64,000 bases of DNA from the human T2T-CHM13v2.0 reference genome, Homo sapiens. The position numbers were made by a program, and so were the translations under genes. This document shows, one piece after another, positions 27,921 to 41,556 of this stretch (its first letter is position 1; every line of letters starts with the position of its first letter). The DNA lies in NCBI RefSeq assembly GCF_009914755.1, contig NC_060926.1; one strand, given 5' to 3'. The notes under the pieces were generated by a model, which made no database searches, was not told the origin of the DNA, and saw nothing but the letters and a program-made list of their open reading frames with translations.

Positions 27921-29333
27921 TCTTCACTAAGGGGTCGTGGGCCGAAAGTAAGTTAATGCATGTCAACTAATACAAATAGTGTCTGACTTTAATAAACACT
28001 CAAGAAAAGTTCATTGTTTTTGTTGCTACCATGACTATCATCATCATTGTCCAGTACTCTCACCCATGTTCCTGTTAGCATCACATTAGGAACCAAAAAG
28101 TGGCTAACTAAAGCTACTGTTTGGATTGTTTGGCAGGCAGTCTCCATCAGGAAACAGAAAGCTTCTCAAATGAGGTGCTATAGGAAGGCTTAGTAAAGAA
28201 ATTGTTTACAAAGGAGTGTAGGGAAAGGAACAAGGGATGGTGCCACGCTGCAGAGCTAGAACGGCAGGGGGCCATTACCACCCTGGGCCTGAAGAGGAGG
28301 GGATGTGAACCAGAACTTGGGGAGGGTGGCTTCAGCTCTAGGAATTGCAGCCCTAGATAAGGCAAGAATGATGACAAGCCATGGTGACCCAGTGGAATGA
28401 GGGAAAAAGGGGTAAATACCCTGACTTTATTCCTCTCCTGCCAGCTCGCCCATCATGTGAGCTCACTCAGGAGCCAGAGGACAGGAAACCCACAACGCTG
28501 TCCATGCAGATCAGCCTCCCTGGCCTGGAACAGGTGGAGAATGGTGACAGTGGCCTGGAGGGGTGAATGGAAAACATCTGGCTTGGGCAGGCACAGCTCC
28601 TCCCTAATGGGACTTTCCTGGGAACAGGATACCATGGTTCCTTCATATAAAAGAGGGACTGAAAGGCAGTTAATCCTGAGTTTCCAGGATTGTGGGCAGG
28701 GAGGGGTGGTGACAGGAAGCATACCTCCAGAGCTGTTTGATCCAATCATTGATTCTGGGTCCTCCTTACCTTTGGACCAGTGAGAAAGGTACAGGGGTTT
28801 AAACTCATAACTGGCAGATCCAGGGTAGATGTGTCAGGAAGCCCATGTGGGCTGCAGGTTTTATTTTATCTGGAGAATGGACTTAATGACATGAAAGGTG
28901 TCTGCTTTGCTCCTGTCTTCTGATGCCTGTCATTGCTCACTGGTCAGGTATGAATGAAGGTGTCCGCTGAAGACCTGAGGGGCTGCCAAAGGCACAAGGT
29001 TTTCCAGAGGTTGTTCTCCACCCATAACAAGGATCCAGGAGCCTTACTTCAGGAGAGAACGCAGTGCAGCTGGAGGGCCCGAGGAGAAGTGGAGACAATA
29101 CAATAGCCAAGAAATGGGTGAACCCAGTTGGCTCAAGGCGGGCCTTTCCCTCCTGATGGCTACATTCACAGGGACTCCCTGTGCAAATTGGAGTGTTTTT
29201 GAACAGTTGCTTTCATGCTTTAACCCTGCTGGAGGGGAAGACATGGGAGAGGTCAGGAAAGGTTGCATTTACTTTACTGTGCTAATTGATATTTATCAAT
29301 TAGCTTTTTTATGCTGTGTGAAGATGCAGTTAA

Positions 29334-29676
<343 letters not shown>

Positions 29677-30145
29677 TAATGGGGGCACTAATTAAAACAT
29701 TCCAAGAGTATTTTGAAGAGCCAAAGATAATAGGAAATTGAGGGATGGGGAATGGAATAGGATAAAAGATATACACACACACAAAGAATACTATCAATTA
29801 ACATTGACTTAGATGAACTCATCCTCAGGAAGGTTCTCAACATAAATATTAATAGATCCCTTATGGTGGACATTTAGAAGATAAAAAATTAAAATCCATC
29901 AGTAAAGAAACGTGGGACAAATCCTCTTTAAAAAATTACTTGTTGCAATGCAAATGCACACACAGGACTAGCACCTCTTAAGAAGCGAACAGCATTGGTT
30001 TATTTTTGTTGTGGTTAACACTCAATAGTCCAAGGACAGAAAGCCCCTTGTCCTGCTTCTTCCTTCTGGTAACTTCCTTTTCTCATTTTTAGGGCAAATT
30101 GCCAACTGCACCAGCCCAGGGAAAGGCCAAGAAGGAGATTGTTTT

Positions 30146-30686
30146 GTATTCTTTTAGGTAATGGTCAGTCAGGTGTGGCCACAAGAGGCGATCAGGAGAG
30201 GTTCAGGAGAAAAGTTTACCATGATCTCACATCCTAGAAACAGGAGGCACAGCAGGGCCACATGGGAAAGCACCAGCATGGGTCAGGGGCAGAAGGGACA
30301 GGATGGGTGGGAGAGCCTAGGCCATGACCTTTTTTGGAGTTTCAGTGGGAAAGGCAGGGCAGTGCAGGGGAAGCAGTTTAAGCCTGGCTAGTTTGAATAA
30401 TTTTCAAGGGCTCCGAGCTATAGGGATGGTTCCTTATTGCCTGGTACCTGTCCCTGGGATGGCAAAGGCAGAGGAATATTGCCTTTTGGGTATATGGCCA
30501 GATAGAAGAGGCATTGTTCTGGATTAGTTAGTTTGCATATCACAGGGTTGTTCCCAGTTGAGCGCTTTTGCTATCTCTAAGATTTGGCTATCCACAGGAG
30601 GAGGAGCAGTCTGTCCCTCAGCCAGAAAGGTTTTTAAGATGTCAAAGCATCATAATGTACAGAAAATTAAAAATATAAACAATACA
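30146..30686 (-). mobile_element. ERVL-class LTR (MER74/MER54-like)
   Basis: Reverse strand begins TGTATTGTTTATATTTTAATTTTCTGTACATTATGATGCTTTGACATC; subfamily uncertain. Confidence 0.55.
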
Positions 30687-31318
30687 GAGAAGGAAATAAG
30701 TATGGACAGAAGATGGTCTTCAAAGAGCAAGTAAGAAGGAATAAAGTATACACTTGAGCCTCAAACAGGAAGGGGCTAGAAAAAACTTGTGAGTGCCATC
30801 TGCTTTCCTCCTCTCACTTGCCAGATGAAGAAACTGAGGCCCTGAGGGAGTGGGCCACCAATTTCAAACCAGCTTAAGCAAAAGGTGGCATGTATTGGCT
30901 CATGTACATGAAGAGTCCAGAGGCAAAGGTCAGATGGGGCTGGACCCCTCGATTATGTGACCTCATCAGGATTTGGTCACTCCAGCTCACTGGTCCCCAT
31001 TCTCCATTATGCTTGTCTCTGAATGGGCCCCACTGTCAGACAGGCCCTCTCCTTATGGTGGCCTCGGCAACTCAGGCTTACATTATCCTATTATCTCAGT
31101 GGAGAGAGCTTCTCTTTCCTGGCCCCAGTCCTGGACTGAGTCACACTGGACCTTGTGTCCATTCCAGAACCCATCCTCGAGCCAGGAAGAATGCAATATA
31201 CTGACTGGCCAGCCCAGTCATGTGCCCCCTAGAACTATGGGGAGTGTCTGCCCCACTCAAAACATATGCACTGAGATGGGGAAAGAAGGAGTTCCAAAGG
31301 AAATCAGAGATGCTGTTA

Positions 31319-31561
31319 CCACAAGAATGGAACCCATTTTGCCTGCCACCATGCAGATGAGCACTCCTCAACAAGCTAATCACAGAGCTGGGTTCCACCC
31401 ATTCTGGCACTCTCCTCACACAAAGCGTCCTCCTCCATAGCAGAGCCATTGCAAATCAGTGTGAGGAGAGTGCCAGAATGGGTGGAACCCAGCTCTGTCA
31501 TTAGCTTGCTGGGGAGTGCTCATCTGCGTGGTGGCAGGCAAAATGGGTTCCATCCTTGTGG
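31319..31561. repeat. Long inverted repeat: 103-bp arms, 37-nt loop
   Basis: 31319-31421 is the reverse complement of 31459-31561 with 5 mismatches and no indels by manual alignment. Confidence 0.95.
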
Positions 31562-31564
31562 AAC

Positions 31565-32100
31565 TTGACTCAATTAAGCAACTCTTCATCTTGCTCACCC
31601 TCAGTTGTCCGCTTACCTCATTCTTCCTGGATGTGGGACAAGAACTTGGGACCTACCAAATGGTGGGACTGAAAGAGCTGTAACACAAACAGGGCTAAAA
31701 CATGACCCCCCCCCCCCCAGTCACCACGTTGCAGGCAATGAGAAGGAGAGAAGATAGAAGGAGAGAAGAGCTGCAGCCCTTCAGGGAGCCCAGACCTAGG
31801 AGCTACCCAAGCCAGGGCTGTGATGCCCTCTTTGGGGCTCAGCAGGTCCTGGCATCTCCAAGCTTCCAGGCACCACTGCGTTCCCGGGTGCCCACAATGG
31901 AAGCCACTTGCTGTACACCTGGTCCAGCCACAGCCTTGCAGGGAGCCAGTGCCCATGCTAGCACCTGGAGCTGCCTGCCCCACTGCAGTGGCTGGATCCT
32001 GCACTTGCTCATTCACATACCCTCACTGCTCCGCACCTGGCTTGCCCCTGGCAGGCGTGGGATCTGGGCCAGTAGTGTGGCCAAGCACAACCCGTCAGGG
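31565..32100. mobile_element. MER52-like ERV1 LTR fragment
   Basis: CTTGCTCACCCTC..TTGTCCGC..ACCTCATTCTTCCTGGATGTGGGACAAGAACTTGGGAC and GAAAGAGCTGTAACACAAACAGGGCT motifs. Confidence 0.65.
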
Positions 32101-34644
32101 TGATACTATGCACATTGAAAATGTTTGGAGCTCTCTGGACTAGTGCTTTCCTATGGAGGAAAAAAAAAAAGGAGACTTCCTATGGCTTGGTGATTCCCAG
32201 GCATTGTAGTGATGAGCGCCCTCGGAAGGTGGTGCTGGAGGATCAGTTACTGAGGCTGCCTTCCTGAATCCAGGCAGCACCAGCCAGGCAGCGTGAGAGA
32301 AAGGGGTTGGGCAGAGCAGCAGCCCTGATGGATGGGGGCTGAGGGACTCAGTTTCTGTGGAGGGCTTATGTGAACTGGACATTTCATGACCTGATCAAAT
32401 GACAGGCAGGCTAGAGAGGCAGGTGTGGAACACTGGTAGAAAGGTCCTCTTGCAGGAGAGGAAGAAAAGAATGGCTTAAACAGGCAATTAGTAAATGAGG
32501 TAAGGAGTGGTGGGCAAATGGGGAATCCCAGCAAGCTTCGAAACAATGGATGTCAGCAGCAAGTTTGGTTCTACAGCACAGTGTGGGCTGTCAATACCTA
32601 TAAGCCCAGTTTCTTGTTAAGGATCACCGGAGTGATAAGACCTGAGGGCTAAACTGGAGAGAATGGACCCAGAGAGGCTGGAGGGACCAGCTGGGCCAGA
32701 GGGACTGACTTCCTGGGAGGAAGGAAGCAGCTCCTGCCTTCTCACTCATCACAGAATGGAACTGGGAAATGAAACGGCCACTTCTGGGCCTGTAGAGAGA
32801 GAATGCTCCCCATGGCACCCACCTAAAGGGAGAAAACCGCCACTGCAAACTCTCCCTGATCCCTGAAATCCTGAGTTCCTTTGACATGGTGTCTCATCAG
32901 GTACAACAGTGGTTCCACGTGTCTTTTGGCCACAGGAAACTTTCTTAACACAATATGATGTAGAGCACCCAATACCTAAAGCAGATGAAGGCAGAGCTGC
33001 TCCTGGAAGGGCAGGGAGGGCTGGAGATAGAAGCTCAAATGCCTGGCCTTCCACAATGGACCCTGAGGCATGGTTTGAGAACAGCTGCATGGAGAAGCAA
33101 GCCCATGTTCCTTGATGTGGCATTCACTGCCTTCCTTGACCCTATTTTGTTCTCTCAGCTTGTCCTCAGCCAATTATAGAACTATACATACGCCTCCAAG
33201 TACAGAACTGCTTCTGCACATCCAAAGCTGTTTTCATCCTTCTGTGCTTTTGCTCATGCTGTTCCTTCTGCTTGGAATGCCTTTCCTACTGGCTGCCTCT
33301 GACCCAGTCTTCAGAATTCACCCGTGACGTCATCTCTTCTGAGAAGCCCTCTGGGCTCCCGTAGTGCTACTGATGTGCCTACACTTGAGAAGCTACCTCC
33401 TTCTACTGAGATTCTTTCCACATCTATTACCCCCACTAAACTATAAACTCCCCAAGGCCAGAAATTTCTTAGTCTGAGTCATCCATTCCCATTCACAGTA
33501 CCTGGCTTAACTGATGCTCTTGTTAACTGAAGCTCTTTTTAATTGATGCTCTTGCATGGGCTTAGTATACAAGAGAGCCTTTCTGGAAAGCAAGTTTGAG
33601 AAATTAAGAGAGGAGCCTGCAGTAAAGAGGGAGCAGCACAGTACCTGAGAGGAGTTGGGGGAAGAGAGGAATAAGGGGCTGGGGACAGGAAAACAAGTCA
33701 TGCCTTGTGGATTTTTGCATAGAATTACTGAGAGTTCACATCAGGTCTTGGGCTTGACATACCTGGCACTCCTGCCACTGATTAAGTTACTGATAAGTAT
33801 CTCTGGAGAGATGCGCTCCCTGTCTGCAATAGAGGTGTCTTTCTAGGAGTAGGGCAGACTTCTGATTACGTCCCTGAGATGCTGCAGGCCTCCAGGGATT
33901 CTAGCCAGCATAATGGACTTTGAAAAGGGAGACAGCTTTGCTGAGAAAGTTAGTTCAAGTCTCTGGGGATGATGATGGGTTGGCTAAGGACTCTGTCAGA
34001 TCTGTCTGAGACTACTAGCTTGGGAAGACTTCTCTTACTGGAATCATTTGCTAATGGTTAGGGAGGGAGAGATAGAAAAGGTTTTGTGTTATGAGAACCA
34101 GATGGATTCCAGGGCTTGCCTTAAAACATCGAATAATCTCTCCACCTAGTTATTATCCATATACAAAATGAGCTAGCAATGCCCTACTTCCCTGCAAAGA
34201 CAAATGGGACCAGCTCTGCCACTTGCTGGCTTTGTGACCTTGAGCAATTTCTTTAAATTCTCTGAGCCTCAGTTTCTTCATGTGTAAAATGGAGACAATA
34301 CCAGTATTCACTGAATAATAGCTAATCTTTAGTATAATATCATACTGCTATATTAAATAAGCTGACTACTTGATATCATGACTAACTGTGATGCTGCTCT
34401 TCTATAACCAACATTTTTAGTAAAGGAAAAATGGGAAAAAATAAAATGGGGACAATAACTGTATCCTACCTCATTTAATCAAAGAGATAATCCATATAAA
34501 GCTCTTAATACAGGGCCTGATATTCGGTAAGCATGCAATAGATATTAGCTAAAATTATTACTGTTAACACATGGAGCTATTTGGGAAAGCCTAACTGAGG
34601 ATAAAAAGGCAGCTGAACTACCAAGAGGCAAGGATAGCGTAAAG

Positions 34645-34815
34645 CCTGGCTGCTCAACTCATGGCCCACAGACAAGCAGCATTGGCATCACGGTGAAGCT
34701 TGCTGGAAATGCAGGGTTTTGGGTGATACCCCAGACTGGCTGAGCCTGGATCTGCAATTTAACAAGATCCCTAGGTGATCACGCGCATGCACATTAAAGG
34801 TCAAGAAACGCTGAT
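34645..34815. mobile_element. MER5A-like hAT element
   Basis: AGCAGCATTGGCATCAC...GAAATGCAG...TTTAACAAGATCCCTAGGTGAT. Confidence 0.7.
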
Positions 34816-35974
34816 GAAAAAGCACTGACATCTCTGGCATTACTAACTGTGTCACTTTGGGCACTTTGTCACTCCTTATGCTTAGTTTGTCATCTATAAA
34901 CCCTTACCTTGTAGGGTCAGGGCATGCTTAAGTGCCTTGGGTGGTAAGTGCTATTCAGCGCTTGCTATCTGTGCTCTCCAGCCCAGGCTTGGGCCACTGT
35001 GGGCCCCTCACAGCCTTACACCTTGGGGCCATAGTTCAGCAGGAGCCAGACTGCCGAATTCACACCCTGGCTCCCTCACCTGGAGCAAGGTGTGGCCGTG
35101 AGACCTGCACAGATACCTAACTGTTCCAAGCCTTAATTTCTCATCTGTTAAAATTGGAACAATGGCTGTGCCTAGCTCCTGGGGATGCTGAAGCACGGAG
35201 TGAAACGTGCAGCAAAGGGTCAGGCCAAGGCCGTGCTCAAAGCACATTTTAGCCTCATCAATGGGCTGTGTTGAGCAGAGTCCACGCTGTGAGCCAAGTG
35301 AGTCCCTGTTCCACAGAGACTCAATGCCTCTTGCTGCCTGACTGATAGCTGCAAGAACTCCCTGCGTCTAGAACTTGGGGACCACGGAGGACAGGGCCCA
35401 GACCATTATAGCCAAAGGAGGACTCATGTCCTTTCTAATATTAGTCCTGGAGTAAGAGGAAGCAAATTCCAACCTTGGTGTCTTCTGGAAATCAGAGGGC
35501 TTGGATGTGTGGAGATGACTATGTGGAAGAGGCAGTTGGAAAGCCTTTGGAAAAAGTTAAGCATGAGACAACTGCAAGCTGTTGTTCTGTGCTGTCCACC
35601 TTGTGGCCAGAAGAGAAGAGAAGTGCTGCTCCCAGCAAGGAGGGTCAGTTGCCTGATCCCTCTTCCCCCTTCCTCCCTCGAACACCACAAGGCCAATGCC
35701 ACAAACTCCCCTACTGCCCAAACAACCAAGCCATGTGGCTGGGTCCAGAAGTGGGAGAAAGAGAGTAAAGGGTGGTGGCCATGAGGCACGCACCGGACTC
35801 CTCTCTTCTGTCCCCCCTTTCCCTCTGCTGGATGCGAGAGTTTCTTTTCACCCCATAATTCCCTCCCACAGGTTTGGGCATCAGCCAGTTTCCACTCTGG
35901 CCCCTGACCCCGGGGACCTGATTTCTTGATCACTCTCACATACTACAAGGCAAAAAAAAAAAAAAAAAGTTACT

Positions 35975-36125
35975 TGTTCAAGGGCATTTTAATATTTTGG
36001 GCAGGACAATGCTTGGTTGTGGCTCTGTCCTGTGCGTTGCAGGATGTTTAGCTGCATCCCTGGCCTCTGCCCACTAGATGTCAGCAACACTCCCCGTCCC
36101 CAGTAGGTTGTGACAACCAAATCGC
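35975..36125 (-). mobile_element. MER20 (hAT-Charlie)
   Basis: CTGTCCTGTGCGTTGCAGGATGTTTAGCTGCATCCCTGGCCTCTGCCCACTAGATG...GTTGTGACAACCAAA is reverse MER20. Confidence 0.85.
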
Positions 36126-37153
36126 TCCTAGTGGAGGACCTCTGGTCTAGGGGTTGGTCACAGCAGACTTTGAAGCTCAATGATGGCTCCAAAAGGCTCC
36201 AACATCTCCCAGTTAATCTCTAAGCAGTTTATTTTCTAGTGTTTTGCTCATTCCCCTAACCAAGCACAGAATTTTGTGCTTGGTTATTCAGAATTCTGTA
36301 ACATATATTCACAATGCTGAATATATATCATCTTTGCTGAGCCAGGACCTACACAGAATCCTGTAAAAGTAAAGCTTGTCCTCAGATAGACAGGTAAGTC
36401 CAGTAAGGCCAGCTACTGTTTTCTTCTAAGGGGAGGAGGTACATTACCATGGCCCAAAGGAGGCCCTGCGTGTGGCTTGACTGTGGGCAGTGGTAGGCGA
36501 GAGCCTACAGGTGCTTGCTGGGGTTCTTGGCTGTGCCCTGGCTGGTTGTTAGAATGATTCAGGACAAGCCACTTATCTACCTGCAGAGATAATTAGCTTG
36601 CCTTGGTTTACACATTTCAGCCCCACTCTCTCTTCTGCAAAATGAGGGGTCTGATTTGGAAAAATCTCTGAGATTCTATAAGTGATCTAAAATTAGTTAA
36701 CATGCATTCAGTTGAAAGAACTGTTTTTTATTAGAGATTATGATCTTTCTACTTTTCAGTATTAAAATTTCATTTTTTCCTTAAAACGATGATCATAATA
36801 AATGATGATTTAAGAAACTGTTTATACTTAGCAAAGTAAGACATTGGAAACCTCATGTTTGTACCTCAAAAAATTATTTTAAATATTTTACATAAAATCT
36901 CCATGACTGGGAATCACTGATGAGATGCTTGACCATCCCAGATGTGGAATGGGTGGGACAGTGACTCAGCCAGAGCACACATTGGCATTCCGATGCCTGG
37001 CATGGCGTCCAACTTTGGAATCCAGCATCCTTTTATGACAGCCAGGATTTCTCCAACACCGTGGTTTCTAGGATAAAATAAATCTTACCTTCCATTGGGG
37101 TCGTTATGTTATCACTGAAATGCATGAGAAAAATTCAACATTCATTTTGACCA

Positions 37154-37830
37154 TGTGAAAGGAAAATAAATCTCCGGAACCCAAAATCACTAAGCTAAGG
37201 GAAAAGTCAAGTTGGGAACTATGTCAAGCAAACCTGCCTCCCATTTTAATTTCTAAATAAGATAGCTACAGAGATTAAAGAGATACCTACCTCCCTCACA
37301 ATTTGCCCACAAGGAAATTCCATGTGGGCCTCAAGATTTTTACCTTATAACAGTTCTGTTGAATTTCACCCTGGCAATGTAGACTAATATAATAGCTGAT
37401 CTTCACAGGTGCTAGACAGAAAGTCATCCCTTTGCTTACTGGAGACAAATGCATATCTGATTGCTTCCTCTGCCCTGCTGTCTATGTAAAAATGCAGATT
37501 CACTGAGCCAGACTCAGTGGAAGGCTGATCAAGGACTCAAAAGAATGCAACCTTTTGTCTCTTATCTACCTATGGCCTGGAAGACACCCCTCCCACCCCA
37601 GCCCGCCCCTCCTTCTAGTTGTCCCGCTTTACTGGACTGAACCAATATACATCTTACGCATATTGATTGATGTCTCATGTCTCCCTAAAATATATAAAAG
37701 CAAGCTGTACCCAACCACCTTGGGCATATGGTGTCAGGACCACCGAGGCTGTGTCACGGGCGCATCCTTAACTTTGGCAAAGTAAATTTCTAAATTGGTT
37801 GAGGCCTGTCTCAGATATTTTGGATTCACA
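37154..37830 (+). mobile_element. MER4A solo LTR
   Basis: TGTGAAAGGAAAATAAATCTC...CAAAATCACTAAGCTAAGGGAAAAGTCAAG to ...TCTCAGATATTTTGGATTCACA. Confidence 0.85.
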
Positions 37831-38349
37831 GCAGCAACAAAACAATAGCTACATACTCCACTTTTGATGGTTATGCATACAAAGAGGTCAAATACAGTTC
37901 TTCATTGGAACCCTTTTTAAGCTATTAATAGCTGTGGGGATCTGTTGCTTTTTTATTTGTTTGAATTAAATTAAATGGAACAAATACGCATTTGAATATG
38001 AACTGGACTAATGCTGAACGAGGGACTGCAGGGAAACTGAGACTGGATGACCCTGGGCTGCTGCCCTCAAAGGAGTTATTATCCAGGAAGGGTTACAAGA
38101 CAAGAAAACAACTGGCTGCAACCAAGGGGAGGCAGGGGGAACAGGCCTGAGCTGGACTTAGTCGTAGGGTAGGGGTGGGAGATGAGAAGAGGAAGGGGGC
38201 AGTTTGAGGAGGCACAGGTCACCGTTGACAGGGGACCAGCATTATGAGAAGAAGTGGCATTAGATGGACCAGAGCGTGTGAGCAATTTGGGGCCTGCAGC
38301 TGTGTCATCACCCTAATGTCCCTAGTTCCTGGCAGCCAGTGAATGCTCA

Positions 38350-38746
<397 letters not shown>

Positions 38747-40221
38747 TTACTGAGCACTATGCTTTTCTTGGACTTAAAATTACTGGGAAAAGCTCTCAGT
38801 TTTGGAGTGTTATGTGCATGAAGGGATGCTTCCCCATACTTTAATTAAGTGTCTGTAGTACTTACTGTTCAACACAAGAGGGAGCTGCTGCCCAGTTTAT
38901 TCAACTAAAATATTTCTGTATGTTTGCTCCATTTCTTCTCAAACTACGGTATAGTATACTGTGCTATCTAACCACCCTCCCCAAATATAGCCCACCAACC
39001 AAAAATTCCCATCACAACTCAACAAAAGTATTATCAGCAGTACCTTATTTTCCAGAATGAATTTCTCCTAAATTATATGATTAGTAGGGGAAAAAAGATA
39101 ATATTTTAAATGTCTTAGGAACAGATACTTGAGGCCAGTCTGGAGTGTTCTTCAGATCCTTAAATAAACCCAGGATTTTCCAGTGATGAAAGCTGTGCTT
39201 ATAAAAATGCCTTGGGACCTCATGAGGGCAGCAAGGCCAATTCAAGGGTCATTTCCGAGTGCCCAGGTTTTCATGAGGGTCAAAGTCTCCCTGAGATATT
39301 GGCTGAGTCCAGGCCTCAGACATAGAATGTGCAATTTATTTTGCAAAGAGCTGCAAAGAATAGACTATGAAGTAGCCAAAATTCAGGTGTGCCTTGAATC
39401 AAGATCATCTGACATACCTATCAGAACTTAGGGGAAAAAATAAGCAAATTAATAATTTAATTAATTTTTCCAACATTTGTTGAGCATTCATTGGCTAGGG
39501 ACATTAGGGTGATGACACATCTGTAGGCCCCAAATTGCTCGCATGGTCTGGTGATTTTGAAAATCATATTTTCAAAAATATGATTTTTGAAAATTTCTTG
39601 CTTTACTAAAGGATTCTCTTCAGAAATTTTTCCATAGCAAACTCCCTAGTATTGTACATTAAAAAAACTTCAATTACCAAAATCGAATCTGCATACTATT
39701 GTTCAGAGTCACCATTTCTAGCAAATAAAGGGTGCTGTTATCATCTAAAAACAGCCCACTATAAATGCCAGTGTATAGTTCATTCAAATGTGGGAGGTCG
39801 CATTACTAAGGTAAACAGAGATCAGTGTGTCTTTAGTGATCTGAGAATGAAATCAAGAAAAGAAAGAGCTTAAAGTGAGAGAACATTTTCCCAAATCACA
39901 GTCAAATTCAGTCTTTGTTAAGGAATCTATTTTTCATCTTAAAGAATGAAAACAATTCCTTTGGTCTCCCTAGAATGGTATCATTATTAATGATTCTTTT
40001 TGGAACAAGTCACAGCTGTCTGTGATCCCCATTGGCCAGACAGACCCTCCCATGTCTGGATGTCCATGTTTATGTATCACCTTCTCTCCCTTCTATTGAT
40101 GTCTCATACTCTTCACTTCCTGGGGGCGAGGACCATGCCTTCTTGACTTCTATGTGACCAACAGAGCCTAGTGCAGGCTGGTGGTGAGCAGTTCATTCGT
40201 GTTTAGAAAAAATCACAGCCA

Positions 40222-40764
<543 letters not shown>

Positions 40765-40922
40765 TCAGTTTCTTCATCAATAGCATGAAGCTGCTGCTGC
40801 TGCTGCTAAGACTTTCCACATGGGGTTTGTAATTTATAAAGTACTCAAAACAGTGTCTGACACAAAGTTAATACTATTAGTATTTATAAAACAGAATAAT
40901 TATATTTAATGGGATGTAGTCA

Positions 40923-41252
<330 letters not shown>

Positions 41253-41332
41253 GCCAAATAAATCTTTAAAAAATATAATGGAGATGGGATGATGAAAATT
41301 TTCTGGAATTACACAGTGGTGATGGTTATACC

Positions 41333-41556
41333 ATGGCTCACTGAAGCCACGACCTCCCAGGTTCAAGTGATCCTCCCACCTCAGCCTCCCAAGAAGCTAG
41401 GTCTACAGACCGGCACCACCACACCAGGCTCCTTTTTTGTTTATTTGTTTGTTTTGTAGAGACAGGGTCTCACTACGTTGCCAAGGCTTGTCTCAAACTC
41501 CTGGGCTTGAGCAATCCTCCCACCTTTGCCTCCCAAAGTGCTGGGATTACAGGTGT
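41333..41556 (-). mobile_element. AluJ fragment
   Basis: Truncated reverse Alu. Confidence 0.85.

Noticed and set aside
30973-31598. Two opposite-strand ORFs sharing the peptide TRMEPILPAT.QMSTPQQAN
   Set aside because: A by-product of the DNA inverted repeat; no evidence of coding function.
35424-35939. 171-aa minus-strand ORF
   Set aside because: No recognisable domain, promoter or splice context; consistent with chance.
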